From Bacteroidales bacterium (GTDB lineage: Bacteria > Bacteroidota > Bacteroidia > Bacteroidales > FEN-979): a stretch of DNA of 64,000 nucleotides. The notes under the pieces were generated by a model. That model was not told where the DNA came from and searched no databases. It was given only the letters and a program-made list of their open reading frames with translations. Positions 10,205 through 20,105 of this stretch are shown piece by piece. The position numbers and the translations under genes were made by a program. The stretch is from NCBI GenBank assembly GCA_023231065.1, contig JALNWE010000001.1:13005-77004 (forward strand), in the 5' to 3' direction. How positions within the stretch are numbered: position 1 is the first letter of the stretch; each line of letters opens with the position of its first letter.

Positions 10205-11719
10205 ATGAACCTTTACCTGATCATTACCATTTTGTTTTTCGTTCTATCAATTGCAGGCCTATGGGGGGTCTTTGAAAAGGCCGGTGAAAAAGGCTGGAAA
10301 GTCCTTATTCCGTTATATAACTGGTACGTCTGGCTGAAGATTATTAAAAAGCCCCTCTGGTGGTATATTTTTATTCTGGTTCCGTTTATCAACGTATTTG
10401 TACTTCTCCTGATGGTAGTCGAAATTCTCAATTGTTTTGGGAAGCGTGGATTAGTCCAACAGGCTCTTGGCGTGATTTTCCCGTTCTTTTACCTTCCTTA
10501 TCTCGCATTTTCGCCCAAAGAGTCTTATACTGATCCCGACAAGCATCCCCCCATTAAAAAAACAGCTGTCAGGGAATGGGTCGATGCTATCATTTTCGCC
10601 GTCATTGCAGCCAGTATCATCCGGATATTTCTGATCGAAGCTTATACCATTCCAACTTCATCCATGGAAAAAACCTTGCTGGTCGGCGATTATCTTTTCG
10701 TGAGTAAAATCAGCTTTGGCCCCAAGGTCCCCAATACACCACTGGCTTTCCCATTCGTTCACCACACCTTGCCCATGACCAAAGACACCAAATCCTATCT
10801 CGAATGGATCCACTTACCCTATTACCGGTTCCCTGGATTCTCTGATATTAAAAACATGGATGTTGTGGTGTTCAATTATCCTGATGGTGATACCCTTTCT
10901 TCAACGTTGCAAAGCAGCATCAGCTATTATCAGCTTATCCGGCAATTCGGGCGCAACGCGGTATGGAATAACAAAGAGTATTTCGGGGAAATTATAGCCA
11001 GGCCCGTTGATAAGCGTGAAAATTTCATCAAGCGTTGTATAGGGATCCCTGGTGACACTATTACAATTATTGACCGTACGGTGTTGATCAATGGGAAACC
11101 GGAACAAAATCCGGGAAAACGACAATTCAAATACCTGCTGAAAACGGATGGGAGCCCCATTAACCAGAAAAATCTTGAAAAACTTGATATTACCGAAAAA
11201 TTTGAAACAGATAACAACGGCACATACGAGCTTACCCTTTCGGAAGAAGCCAACCAGAAGCTACGACAATATTCCAATGTGGTTTCTATTGAGCCGATAG
11301 TTGTTCCAAAAGGTTCCTGGGATCCCAATATCTTTCCTTACGATTCAGCCTACCGGTGGAATGTTGACAATTTTGGTCCGTTATGGATCCCCAAAAAAGG
11401 AGTGACAATTCCCATTAATCTTAAGAACATTTGTTTTTATCAACGGATTATCGATGTTTTTGAAGGAAATGAATTGAACATCAAGGATGGGAAGATCTTC
11501 ATCAATGGCAAAGAATCCAGAACGTATACCTTCAAAATGAATTACTACTGGATGATGGGCGATAACCGCCATAATTCGGCAGATTCAAGATACTGGGGAT
11601 TCGTCCCGGAAGACCATGTTGTCGGAAAAGCTGTATTTGTATGGCTATCTTTAGCCCCCAACAAATCCCTGTTTGACGGAAAAATCCGTTGGAATAAACT
11701 CATGAGAGTCGTAAAATAA
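10205..11719 (+). CDS. lepB: signal peptidase I with N-terminal membrane (DUF5684-like) extension
   Basis: SSMEKTLLVGD (Ser box), RCIGIPGD and GDNRHNSADSRYWGFV boxes. Confidence 0.9.
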   Translation: MNLYLIITILFFVLSIAGLWGVFEKAGEKGWKVLIPLYNWYVWLKIIKKPLWWYIFILVPFINVFVLLLMVVEILNCFGKRGLVQQALGVIFPFFYLPYLAFSPKESYTDPDKHPPIKKTAVREWVDAIIFAVIAASIIRIFLIEAYTIPTSSMEKTLLVGDYLFVSKISFGPKVPNTPLAFPFVHHTLPMTKDTKSYLEWIHLPYYRFPGFSDIKNMDVVVFNYPDGDTLSSTLQSSISYYQLIRQFGRNAVWNNKEYFGEIIARPVDKRENFIKRCIGIPGDTITIIDRTVLINGKPEQNPGKRQFKYLLKTDGSPINQKNLEKLDITEKFETDNNGTYELTLSEEANQKLRQYSNVVSIEPIVVPKGSWDPNIFPYDSAYRWNVDNFGPLWIPKKGVTIPINLKNICFYQRIIDVFEGNELNIKDGKIFINGKESRTYTFKMNYYWMMGDNRHNSADSRYWGFVPEDHVVGKAVFVWLSLAPNKSLFDGKIRWNKLMRVVK

Positions 11720-11766
11720 GTAATTTTGCATTGAATATAAAAACAATCATCGTTAATAAATATGTT

Positions 11767-12450
11767 ATGAGAAAAACATTTGTAATATTTTCCGTTATCT
11801 TTTTAGCCTTTTATAGTTTTACATTCACAACACAGGGCGCTAAGCCATTTGAGGGTATAATAACTTTCAAGATAACCTATCCCGACAACAAATTTTCAGA
11901 AAGCCAGATGGCCATGTTCCCAAAAGTACTGACTGTTTCAATCAGAGGCTTAAAGTCACGTACAGATATGCAGATAGGTGGGATAAATACCGTCGAAATC
12001 ACCGATTATGAATCCAAATCAAAAGTTTCACTGCTTAATATGATGGGTCAGAAATATGCTATCAAGCAGACTACTGCCGACATTGAAAAAGATTTGTCAA
12101 AGGGGGGTGTTACGACCGTTGAATTATCCGGTGAAACAAAAATAATTGCCGGATATACCTGCAAAAAAGCCATCGTAACTGTGAATGACGACGGAATTAA
12201 AACCAAATTCGAGGTGTTTTATTCCAGTGAACTCGGATCGAAATTATCGAACTTCGATAATCCTGTTTACAAAGATATTGATGGTGTTCTTTTGGAATTC
12301 TCTGTACAGAACCAAAACGTGAATATGAAATTCACGGCATCCTCCGTTGACAAGAAGAATGTTCCGGCAAAAGATTTTGAAATTCCATCCGACTATGTTT
12401 TGACCACCAAGGATGAGCTTAAAACAAAATTCGGGGGCGGAGGCGAATAA
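11767..12450 (+). CDS. secreted hypothetical protein (DUF4412-like)
   Basis: Signal peptide after the ATG at 11767. Beta-rich with no catalytic motif. Family guess by eye. Confidence 0.5.
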   Translation: MRKTFVIFSVIFLAFYSFTFTTQGAKPFEGIITFKITYPDNKFSESQMAMFPKVLTVSIRGLKSRTDMQIGGINTVEITDYESKSKVSLLNMMGQKYAIKQTTADIEKDLSKGGVTTVELSGETKIIAGYTCKKAIVTVNDDGIKTKFEVFYSSELGSKLSNFDNPVYKDIDGVLLEFSVQNQNVNMKFTASSVDKKNVPAKDFEIPSDYVLTTKDELKTKFGGGGE

Positions 12451-12456
12451 CATCGC

Positions 12457-14928
12457 ATGGCAAAAAAGGGCAACCCGCTGAAAACAAATACTTTCAAGGA
12501 TGAGATTGCGATGTCTGACAACCTTGATAGTAGGATACCCCTGGACGATAAGAAACGGGACAAGAAAGCTATGCCACCACCCCGCTCAGAGGCAGGAAAT
12601 ATTAAGCATGAAAAGCGTTTCCGTGTTTTAGGGCTTTTTTTAATCCTGTTATCCTTTTTCCTTCTCTTTTCCTTTACCTCTTACATTCTGACTTGGAAGC
12701 ATGACTTTGACTTTCCTGATACAGTACTGAAGCACTTTACCCTGAGCTGGTTTTTTGAAATCAATAACAATATCGATAACTGGATGGGGAAAATCGGCGC
12801 CCTGACCGGATATTTATTTATATCCAAATGGTTTGGGGTCGCTTCATTTTTTTTCGTCATCATTCTTTTTAACACAGGATTAAAACAATTCATTCATCGC
12901 CCTCTCTTTTCAGTTTGGAAAACATTTGAATATGGCTTTTTCGGCATTTTATGGCTCCCGGTCCTGCTGGGTTTGACCTACCCTGATAATGATCTTTTGA
13001 GTGGGGCCTATGGGTTTCAAATGAACATCTGGCTCATTGATCTGTTTGGCACATCAGGATTGATCCTTGTCCTGGTTTTTTGTTTTTTAAGCTTTATCAT
13101 TTTAACTTTCAATATTCCTTTCAGATGGTTCAGAAAAAAACAACCCGTTGAAATACCTGTCAAAGAATCGCCAACCTCTGCTGAAACCGACCTGGGAGTG
13201 GACAATTCTGAAATTGATAAAGGAGAGGTATTCCATGATATTCCTGTAGTAAACCAGTTTATAGAAGAACCGTCTGATGATCATCAGACGGTTGACTTGG
13301 AACTGGCTGGCACAACCGATTCAGAAACCAATTCCAAAGAGGAGATCGAGCTTCTGATTGAATCACCGGTTAATGAATCTGCAGGGAATGGAAAAATTGA
13401 CCACCAAACCCTTGACACCAGATATGACCCAACACTTGACCTTCCCAGGTATAAATTTCCGACCCTCGATCTGTTGAATGATTATGGTGGTGATTCCATC
13501 AACGTGAAGAAGGAAGAGTTGGAAGCGAATAAAGATAAAATTGTTCAGACACTCTCAAACTATGATATCCGGATCCAAAAAATCAAAGCGACCATAGGTC
13601 CGGCGGTAACATTATATGAAATAATCCCGGAAGCAGGAATCCGAATTTCACGGATCAAGAACCTGGAGGATGACATAGCTTTAAGCCTTGCTGCCATGGG
13701 GATCCGGATCATCGCCCCCATTCCCGGAAAAGGCACTATCGGCATTGAAGTCCCCAACAAAAACCCCGAGATTGTTTCGATCAAATCATTGTTGAGTACT
13801 GAAAAATTTAAAACCTCTTCTTACGAATTGCCTTTTGTCCTTGGGAAAACCATCTCCAACGAAACTTTCATTGCTGACCTTGCCCGGATGCCTCATCTGT
13901 TGATGGCCGGAGCTACCGGACAAGGTAAATCCGTTGGTCTGAATACCATTATCACTTCACTGTTATATAAAAAGCACCCTTCTCAGGTTAAATTTGTTTT
14001 GATCGACCCCAAGAAAGTCGAGCTCACACTCTATACCAAAATAGAAAGACATTTTCTGGCAAAATTACCTGACTCGGATGATGCCATAATTACCGACACA
14101 AAGAAAGTCATCCGGACCCTGAATTCTTTGAATATTGAGATGGACAGCCGCTATGACCTTCTGCGGGATGCCCAGGTAAGAAATATCAAAGAATACAATG
14201 AAAAATTCTTCTCCAGGTTGCTCAACCCAAATGAAGGACATCATTTCCTCCCATATATAGTATTGGTAATTGATGAGTTCGCCGATCTGATCATGACAGC
14301 TGGACGGGAAATAGAGACCCCGTTGACACGGCTCGCTCAGCTTGCAAGGGCTACGGGGATACACCTGATCATCGCAACACAAAGACCTTCGGTAAACATC
14401 ATCACCGGTACCATCAAAGCCAATTTCCCCGCACGGATCGCCTTCAGGGTAATATCAAAGATTGATTCCCGCACCATCCTCGATTCGTCAGGAGCCGATC
14501 AACTCATTGGCCGTGGAGATATGCTGCTTTCTACCGGAAGCGAACTTATCCGTTTGCAGTGTGCCTTTGTCGATACACCTGAAATCGATCGGCTGACAGA
14601 ATTTATTGGCAGCCAGAGAGGCTATCCAGATGCTTATGCACTACCTGAATATTCCGATGAAGAAGGGGGAAATACTAAAGATATTAATCCAGATGAACGG
14701 GACGAATTTTTCAGCGAAGCTGCCCGATTGGTTGTAGAGCACCAGCATGGATCCACTTCTCTGATCCAAAGGAAATTGAAACTGGGCTATAACCGGGCTG
14801 GAAGGATCATCGATCAACTTGAATGTGCCGGAATTGTAGGCCCCTTCGAAGGAAGTAAAGCAAGGGAAGTACGATTTAAGGATCTGAATGCCCTGGAGGA
14901 ACACCTGAATATGCTTGGGCTATCTTAA
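12457..14928 (+). CDS. ftsK: DNA translocase FtsK/SpoIIIE
   Basis: 823 aa. N-terminal TM helices, Walker A GATGQGKS, Walker B VLVIDEFADL and a C-terminal gamma winged-helix. Confidence 0.93.
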   Translation: MAKKGNPLKTNTFKDEIAMSDNLDSRIPLDDKKRDKKAMPPPRSEAGNIKHEKRFRVLGLFLILLSFFLLFSFTSYILTWKHDFDFPDTVLKHFTLSWFFEINNNIDNWMGKIGALTGYLFISKWFGVASFFFVIILFNTGLKQFIHRPLFSVWKTFEYGFFGILWLPVLLGLTYPDNDLLSGAYGFQMNIWLIDLFGTSGLILVLVFCFLSFIILTFNIPFRWFRKKQPVEIPVKESPTSAETDLGVDNSEIDKGEVFHDIPVVNQFIEEPSDDHQTVDLELAGTTDSETNSKEEIELLIESPVNESAGNGKIDHQTLDTRYDPTLDLPRYKFPTLDLLNDYGGDSINVKKEELEANKDKIVQTLSNYDIRIQKIKATIGPAVTLYEIIPEAGIRISRIKNLEDDIALSLAAMGIRIIAPIPGKGTIGIEVPNKNPEIVSIKSLLSTEKFKTSSYELPFVLGKTISNETFIADLARMPHLLMAGATGQGKSVGLNTIITSLLYKKHPSQVKFVLIDPKKVELTLYTKIERHFLAKLPDSDDAIITDTKKVIRTLNSLNIEMDSRYDLLRDAQVRNIKEYNEKFFSRLLNPNEGHHFLPYIVLVIDEFADLIMTAGREIETPLTRLAQLARATGIHLIIATQRPSVNIITGTIKANFPARIAFRVISKIDSRTILDSSGADQLIGRGDMLLSTGSELIRLQCAFVDTPEIDRLTEFIGSQRGYPDAYALPEYSDEEGGNTKDINPDERDEFFSEAARLVVEHQHGSTSLIQRKLKLGYNRAGRIIDQLECAGIVGPFEGSKAREVRFKDLNALEEHLNMLGLS

Positions 14929-14951
14929 CTTTTGAACTAAACCAAAATAAT

Positions 14952-15581
14952 ATGAGAACTATCTTATCCTTTATCCTTATTTCAATCACTCTTTTAGGTT
15001 ACAGCCAGGGTAAAGATCAAAAAGCGGCCGCCCTTCTGAACGAAGTCAGTACAAAGACAAAAGCATATAAATCCATCAAGGTAGATTTTTCCTATACCAT
15101 GGAAAATGCAAAGGCTAAAATCAATGAAGAAAAAACCGGATCATTGCTTATATCAGGAGATAAATACAAGATGACCGTTTCTGGTCAAACCGTCATTTGT
15201 GATGGAAAAACCATTTGGACTTATATTAAGGAATCAAATGAGGTACAGGTAAATACATTGGAAAATAAAGATGATGCCCTGACACCGTCAAAATTACTTA
15301 CCACTTATAATTCCAATTATAAATCCCGGATTATTAAAAGTCCGGATCCGGGCATTGAGGCAATTGAGTTAATCCCCAACACAACCAAAAATTTCAACAA
15401 AGCTATCCTGGGGATTGATAAAGTAAAAAAACAAATCAGGAGCTTTACATTATTTGATAAAAGCGGAAACACTTATACTTATAAAATCAAAACCTTTATC
15501 ACAGACACTCCGGTAATTAACAGCGAATTCATTTTTGATGAAAAGAAATTTCCCGGTGTGGAAGTCATTGATATGCGTTGA
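14952..15581 (+). CDS. lolA: LolA-like outer-membrane lipoprotein carrier
   Basis: 209 aa. Signal peptide and LolA-like sequence, in the usual position after ftsK. Confidence 0.72.
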   Translation: MRTILSFILISITLLGYSQGKDQKAAALLNEVSTKTKAYKSIKVDFSYTMENAKAKINEEKTGSLLISGDKYKMTVSGQTVICDGKTIWTYIKESNEVQVNTLENKDDALTPSKLLTTYNSNYKSRIIKSPDPGIEAIELIPNTTKNFNKAILGIDKVKKQIRSFTLFDKSGNTYTYKIKTFITDTPVINSEFIFDEKKFPGVEVIDMR

Positions 15582-16438
15582 TCGTGAGTCACAAACAAAC
15601 CAAAGATGTCAAATACCTGAGGGAAATTGCGACCGAAATCAGAAAATCGATCGTTCAAAGTCTTACTGAAGCCGGTTCAGGCCATCTTGGTGGCCCGCTC
15701 GGGCTTGCCGATGTTTTTACTGCCCTGTATTTTTCTATTCTCCGGCATGATCCATCCATTCCCCAATGGGCCGGCCGCGACCGGTTAATCCTATCTATTG
15801 GACATGTCGCACCGGTTTTATATGCCACTTTAGCCCATGCCGGATATTTTCCAGTGCAGGAACTCTTGACGCTCCGGAAACTGGGAAGTCGTTTACAGGG
15901 ACATCCCGGACGGGATCATGGATTACCGGGCCTGGAATTATCAGCTGGTTCCCTCGGGCAAGGTTTATCTGTGGGTCTAGGCATGGCTATTTCTGCAAGG
16001 CTTAACCACCAAACACATAAGATCTATGTCATAACCGGTGATGGCGAACTTCAGGAAGGATCTAACTGGGAATCGGCCATGGCCGCTGCTCACCACAGGT
16101 TGGACAACCTGATCGCTGTTGTTGATCGTAACGGAGTCCAGATCGATGGAAGGACAGAAGATGTTATGCAACTGGAGCCCCTTGAAGAGAAGTGGAAAAG
16201 TTTTGGTTGGCAGGTTGAATCTTGTGATGGCAATAACATGGTACAGTTGCTTGAAGTTTTTGAAAAAGTTCAGGATGCTCAAAAACCTACTGTCATCCTT
16301 GCCCATACAAGAATGGGAAAGGGAATTAAAAGCATCGAAGGAGATTACCATTGGCATGGAAAAGTCCCCAATGCTGATCAATCCGTAGATTTTTTAAGAG
16401 AACTTTCAGGAATCCCAGTTGATATGCGACAAGCATAA
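15578..16438 (+). CDS. transketolase, N-terminal (TPP-binding) subunit
   Basis: 286 aa. GHLGG, ITGDGELQEGSNWE. Exact start (TTG 15578 or GTG 15584) is uncertain. Confidence 0.9.
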   Translation: MIVSHKQTKDVKYLREIATEIRKSIVQSLTEAGSGHLGGPLGLADVFTALYFSILRHDPSIPQWAGRDRLILSIGHVAPVLYATLAHAGYFPVQELLTLRKLGSRLQGHPGRDHGLPGLELSAGSLGQGLSVGLGMAISARLNHQTHKIYVITGDGELQEGSNWESAMAAAHHRLDNLIAVVDRNGVQIDGRTEDVMQLEPLEEKWKSFGWQVESCDGNNMVQLLEVFEKVQDAQKPTVILAHTRMGKGIKSIEGDYHWHGKVPNADQSVDFLRELSGIPVDMRQA

Positions 16439-16478
16439 AAAGAGAAAATTTCGTTCAGAAAAAAAAAGATAAATAAAC

Positions 16479-17444
16479 TTGGGCCCATTTAAAAACAGAG
16501 GAAATAAAGCGACCAAGGCCGGATTCGGGGAAGGATTGCTCGAAGCAGGCAAGCGGAATCCTGATGTTGTAGCAATTGGCGCTGATATCACCTCATCGGT
16601 CGGCGTTAATTTATTTGCAGATGCGTTTCCGGATCGATTTATTTCTTTAGGTATAGCGGAACAAAATTGCATGGGAGTAGCAACAGGTCTGGCCCTGGAG
16701 GGGAAGATCCCGGTGTTTTCCACGTATGGTGTATTTGCTGCTCTCAGGGCGGCTGATCAAATTAGGGTTTCGGTATGTTACAACAATGTTCATGTTATTA
16801 TCGGCGGCGCTCACGCGGGTGTTTCAGTTGGTCCCGATGGCGCGACCCATCAGGCCCTGGAAGATCTTGCCATCATACGGGTAATGCCTAATATGACCGT
16901 ATTTTCTCCCTGTGATGCCACCCAGACAAGATGGGCTGTTTTTACCGCCATCGAAAAGTGTAAGGGTCCTGTTTACATCCGTTTCGGAAGGGAAGCTATG
17001 CCTGATTTCACAAATCCCGATGAAGTTTTTTGTCCCGGTAAGGCACAACTCATGATACCGGGGGACGATCTTACAATCTGTGCTACCGGGCATCTTGTCT
17101 GGGAGGCTATCATGGCCGCCGGTCAGCTTTCTGAGCTGGGAATTCATGCACGCGTGCTGAATATCCATACCATAAAACCCATCGACAGCAAGACCATTAT
17201 TGAAGCAGCCCAAGAAACCGGCGCTATCGTTACTGCAGAAGAACACCAGATCATAGGCGGGTTGGGGAGCGCAATTGCCGAAATTATTGTTCAGCATAAT
17301 CCTGTTCCCATGGCTTTTATCGGGATGAATGACAGATTCGGGGAATCCGGTCCACCATTGGAACTGATGAAAAAATTCGGTATGAGTGCAGAAAACATAG
17401 TTTCCGAATCCCTAAGGCTGGTAAAAGAAAAAAAGGAAGGTTAA
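16479..17444 (+). CDS. transketolase, C-terminal (pyrimidine-binding) subunit
   Basis: 321 aa. GIAEQN motif and transketolase C-terminal domain. Start codon uncertain (TTG). Confidence 0.9.
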   Translation: MGPFKNRGNKATKAGFGEGLLEAGKRNPDVVAIGADITSSVGVNLFADAFPDRFISLGIAEQNCMGVATGLALEGKIPVFSTYGVFAALRAADQIRVSVCYNNVHVIIGGAHAGVSVGPDGATHQALEDLAIIRVMPNMTVFSPCDATQTRWAVFTAIEKCKGPVYIRFGREAMPDFTNPDEVFCPGKAQLMIPGDDLTICATGHLVWEAIMAAGQLSELGIHARVLNIHTIKPIDSKTIIEAAQETGAIVTAEEHQIIGGLGSAIAEIIVQHNPVPMAFIGMNDRFGESGPPLELMKKFGMSAENIVSESLRLVKEKKEG

Positions 17445-18205
17445 TTCAATCGGATTTCTGAAGGATATTCAACCTTTTCCAAAAGCAAACCACATCCCGG
17501 GACTGATTTCCCTGCATGGGATCTGTTGCGGCTCTCAATGATCCACCTGAGTTCCTGTAATGAAATCTTTTGAAGTCCAAGATCGATCAGCGTCCCGACT
17601 ATAGCCCTGACCATATTTCTGAGGAACCGGTCGGCCCTGATCGTAAATACCCGTTCATTTTCTTTTTCTTCCCAGAAGGCATGAAATATTTTGCAATTGT
17701 TCGTCCTTGTGTCTGTATTAACTTTCGAAAATGAGGTGAAATCATGATACTGCATGATCAAGGCTGCTCCTTCGTTCATAAGGTTCAGGTCTATAGGCAG
17801 GTGAAGATAATATTGGTAAAGAAGTCTAAAAGGGTCCTTAACTGTTGCAATATGGTAAGTATAAGTTCTCGAAATAGCGCTAAACCTGGCATGAGCAGAA
17901 GGTTTTACAGGGAAAATCTCAAATACGGCCAAACCCGGGTTTGTAAAACTGTTTAATTGATAAACCAATTTTTTTCGATCCGTTTCATTTAAAAGTGTTG
18001 TAATATCAAAATGGGCATAAAAACTTTTTGCATGGACACCGGCATCTGTCCTTCCGGCGCCAGTCAACGTTATTTTTTCCCGCAACACCAAAGTCAGCGC
18101 ATCCTCCAGCGTTTCCTGAACAGTTGTGGCGTTGGGTTGAATCTGCCATCCATGAAAATTTGTACCATCATAGGCCAGATGGATGAAATAACGATAAGGA
18201 TTCAT
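17441..18205 (-). CDS. truA: tRNA pseudouridine(38-40) synthase
   Basis: 254 aa. YDGTNFHGWQ and GAGRTDAGVHA catalytic Asp motif. Confidence 0.93.
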   Translation of the reverse strand: MNPYRYFIHLAYDGTNFHGWQIQPNATTVQETLEDALTLVLREKITLTGAGRTDAGVHAKSFYAHFDITTLLNETDRKKLVYQLNSFTNPGLAVFEIFPVKPSAHARFSAISRTYTYHIATVKDPFRLLYQYYLHLPIDLNLMNEGAALIMQYHDFTSFSKVNTDTRTNNCKIFHAFWEEKENERVFTIRADRFLRNMVRAIVGTLIDLGLQKISLQELRWIIESRNRSHAGKSVPGCGLLLEKVEYPSEIRLN

Positions 18206-18300
18206 ATCTAATCATTGTACTGCAAAGATATCCAACAAAATTAACTTAAGTCAATTTAGATCATTTATAAATTATTTTAAACCCGACAAAAAACCGCTTA

Positions 18301-18318
18301 TTGTTATTTAATTAACAA
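18301..18318. promoter_or_regulatory. Rex-operator-like palindrome TTGTTATTTAATTAACAA
   Basis: 13/14 half-site match to TTGTTAA-N4-TTAACAA. Lies just upstream of and overlapping the -33 region of the putative hydC1 promoter. Confidence 0.55.
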
Positions 18319-18328
18319 ATATAAATGA

Positions 18329-18336
18329 TAAATTTG
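18329..18336 (+). promoter_or_regulatory. Bacteroidota -7 box TAAATTTG
   Basis: Matches TAnnTTTG and sits between the two Rex-like boxes, 82 bp upstream of hydC1. Confidence 0.35.
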
Positions 18337-18346
18337 CTTTGAATTT

Positions 18347-18364
18347 CTGTTAATATTTTCACAA
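18347..18364. promoter_or_regulatory. Rex-operator-like palindrome CTGTTAATATTTTCACAA
   Basis: Half-sites cTGTTAA / TTCACAA with a 4-nt spacer, 54 bp upstream of the hydC1 ATG. Confidence 0.5.
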
Positions 18365-18417
18365 TTCGTTTTTATTTGTTATAAATTATTATATATCATT
18401 AACTTAAAATATTCATT

Positions 18418-18882
18418 ATGACAGAGTGCCAGGAATTAATTAAAGAATTGGCAGACAAATATGGCCGGGAAAGAGCCAGTCTGCTACCCATACTTCAGGG
18501 GGTTGTCGAGAAAAATAATTACATCTCAGACACTTGCATGACTGATATTGCAAAGGAGCTTGATCTTTCTGCTGCCCAGGTATATGGAACAGCTACTTTT
18601 TATTCCTTTCTGGATACAGAACCAAGAGGAAAATATGTCATCCGGGTATGTAAGACGATAACATGCGATATGCATGGAAAGAAAATGATCATCCAGACCC
18701 TGGAAGATATGCTTAAAATAAAGGTCGGAGAAACCACCCCGAATAAGAAATTTACCTTACTCGAAACCAATTGTCTTGGTTGGTGCCATGAAGGGCCTGC
18801 CATGCTTATTAATGAAAAGCCCTTCAGTGGATTGACAACTGAAAAGGTGCATGACATCATCAGTGAATATATCAATAAATAA
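18418..18882 (+). CDS. hydC: [FeFe]-hydrogenase NuoE-like [2Fe-2S] subunit (locus 1)
   Basis: 154 aa. Thioredoxin-like 2Fe-2S Cys pattern VCKTITCD...NCLGWCHEGP. Confidence 0.9.
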   Translation: MTECQELIKELADKYGRERASLLPILQGVVEKNNYISDTCMTDIAKELDLSAAQVYGTATFYSFLDTEPRGKYVIRVCKTITCDMHGKKMIIQTLEDMLKIKVGETTPNKKFTLLETNCLGWCHEGPAMLINEKPFSGLTTEKVHDIISEYINK

Positions 18883-18906
18883 TCTTAAAAATTAGGAGAA
18901 ACAGTC

Positions 18907-20073
18907 ATGTCAGAACAAACACTAAAAAGGGTTGACTTAATCTTCGGCGAATATTCCAATGTAAAATATAAAGTTTTAGCAGATACGTTGAAACGTTCCA
19001 ATGAGGAAATTTTAAAAGACCTTTTGGATTCAGGTCTTCGCGGTCGCGGTGGCGCAGGGTTCCCTACGGCCATGAAATGGAAATATACAGCCGAAACCCC
19101 AAGCGATGAACGCTTTGTTATTTGTAACGCGGATGAGGGAGAACCAGGAACATTCAAGGACCGTGAAATTTTATTAAGGGTTCCAAGGAAAGTTTTTTCA
19201 GGAATGGCCATTTGTGGGAAAGTCATCGGCGCCAAGAAAGGTTATATGTACCTCAGGGGTGAATACCGTTTCATGATCCCTGAATTAATGAAAGAGCTTG
19301 AAATATACAATGACCATGCCAAGATGCTGGGCCATGATTTTGAAATTGAAATTCGTCTGGGTTCGGGAGCCTATATCTGCGGGGAAGAAAGTGCACTATT
19401 CGAATCGATGGAAGGTGGGCGTGGAGAACCTCGTAATAAACCGCCCTATCCTACAATCAGTGGTTTTATGAAAAAACCTACCGTTATCAATAATGTTGAG
19501 ACCTTTGTCAATGTCATGATGATCATGCGCTTGGGCCCGGAACAATATAAAAAGCTTGGGACTACCGACTCTCGCGGATCCAAAGTGTTTTCTGTATCTG
19601 GCGATACACCGATTCCGGGAATCTATGAGCTGGAACTGGGAATGTCACTTGACCGGTTTGTAGATGAATTTGGTGATGGTGATACAAAAGCGGTCCAGGT
19701 TGGAGGAGCTTCCGGATTCTGTGTCCCCCGGAAAAAATTCAAAGAAACGGTTATCGGATTCGAGGGAGTCCCTACCGGTGGTTCTATGATGATTTTCAAC
19801 AGTTCACGATCAATGTACAATGTACTCCATAATTATCTTGAATTTTTCGAAGAAGAATCATGTGGACAATGTACTCCTTGCCGTGTGGGCTGCCAGCAAC
19901 TGCGGAAAGGTATTGTTGCTGTTAAAAAAGGTGAGAAAAAAGCAGTTTACCTGGATCAGTTAATGAAGTTAAGCGAGAGCATGAAGCTTACTGCAAAATG
20001 TGGTCTGGGACAATCCGTTGCCAATTCATTTTCCTCCATTGTCAACAATTTTAAGGAAGAGATGATCTACTAA
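18907..20073 (+). CDS. hydB: NuoF-like flavoprotein subunit, minimal form (locus 1)
   Basis: 388 aa. GLRGRGGAGFPTAMKW (FMN/NADH site) and ESCGQCTPCRVG...KCGLGQ (4Fe-4S). Lacks the N-terminal 2Fe-2S and C-terminal 2x[4Fe-4S] domains present in the other two copies. AGGAG lies 8 nt upstream. Confidence 0.9.
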   Translation: MSEQTLKRVDLIFGEYSNVKYKVLADTLKRSNEEILKDLLDSGLRGRGGAGFPTAMKWKYTAETPSDERFVICNADEGEPGTFKDREILLRVPRKVFSGMAICGKVIGAKKGYMYLRGEYRFMIPELMKELEIYNDHAKMLGHDFEIEIRLGSGAYICGEESALFESMEGGRGEPRNKPPYPTISGFMKKPTVINNVETFVNVMMIMRLGPEQYKKLGTTDSRGSKVFSVSGDTPIPGIYELELGMSLDRFVDEFGDGDTKAVQVGGASGFCVPRKKFKETVIGFEGVPTGGSMMIFNSSRSMYNVLHNYLEFFEEESCGQCTPCRVGCQQLRKGIVAVKKGEKKAVYLDQLMKLSESMKLTAKCGLGQSVANSFSSIVNNFKEEMIY

Positions 20074-20105
20074 TCAAGTTTTAACCTGAAAATACACGAA
20101 CAAAT

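Noticed and set aside
16824-17297. 157-aa minus-strand ORF, and many similar 60-130-aa antisense ORFs in the track (for example 574-834, 8426-8794, 33029-33418, 62760-63083)
   Set aside because: All lie fully inside, and antisense to, long ORFs with clear family signatures. They are typical shadow ORFs.
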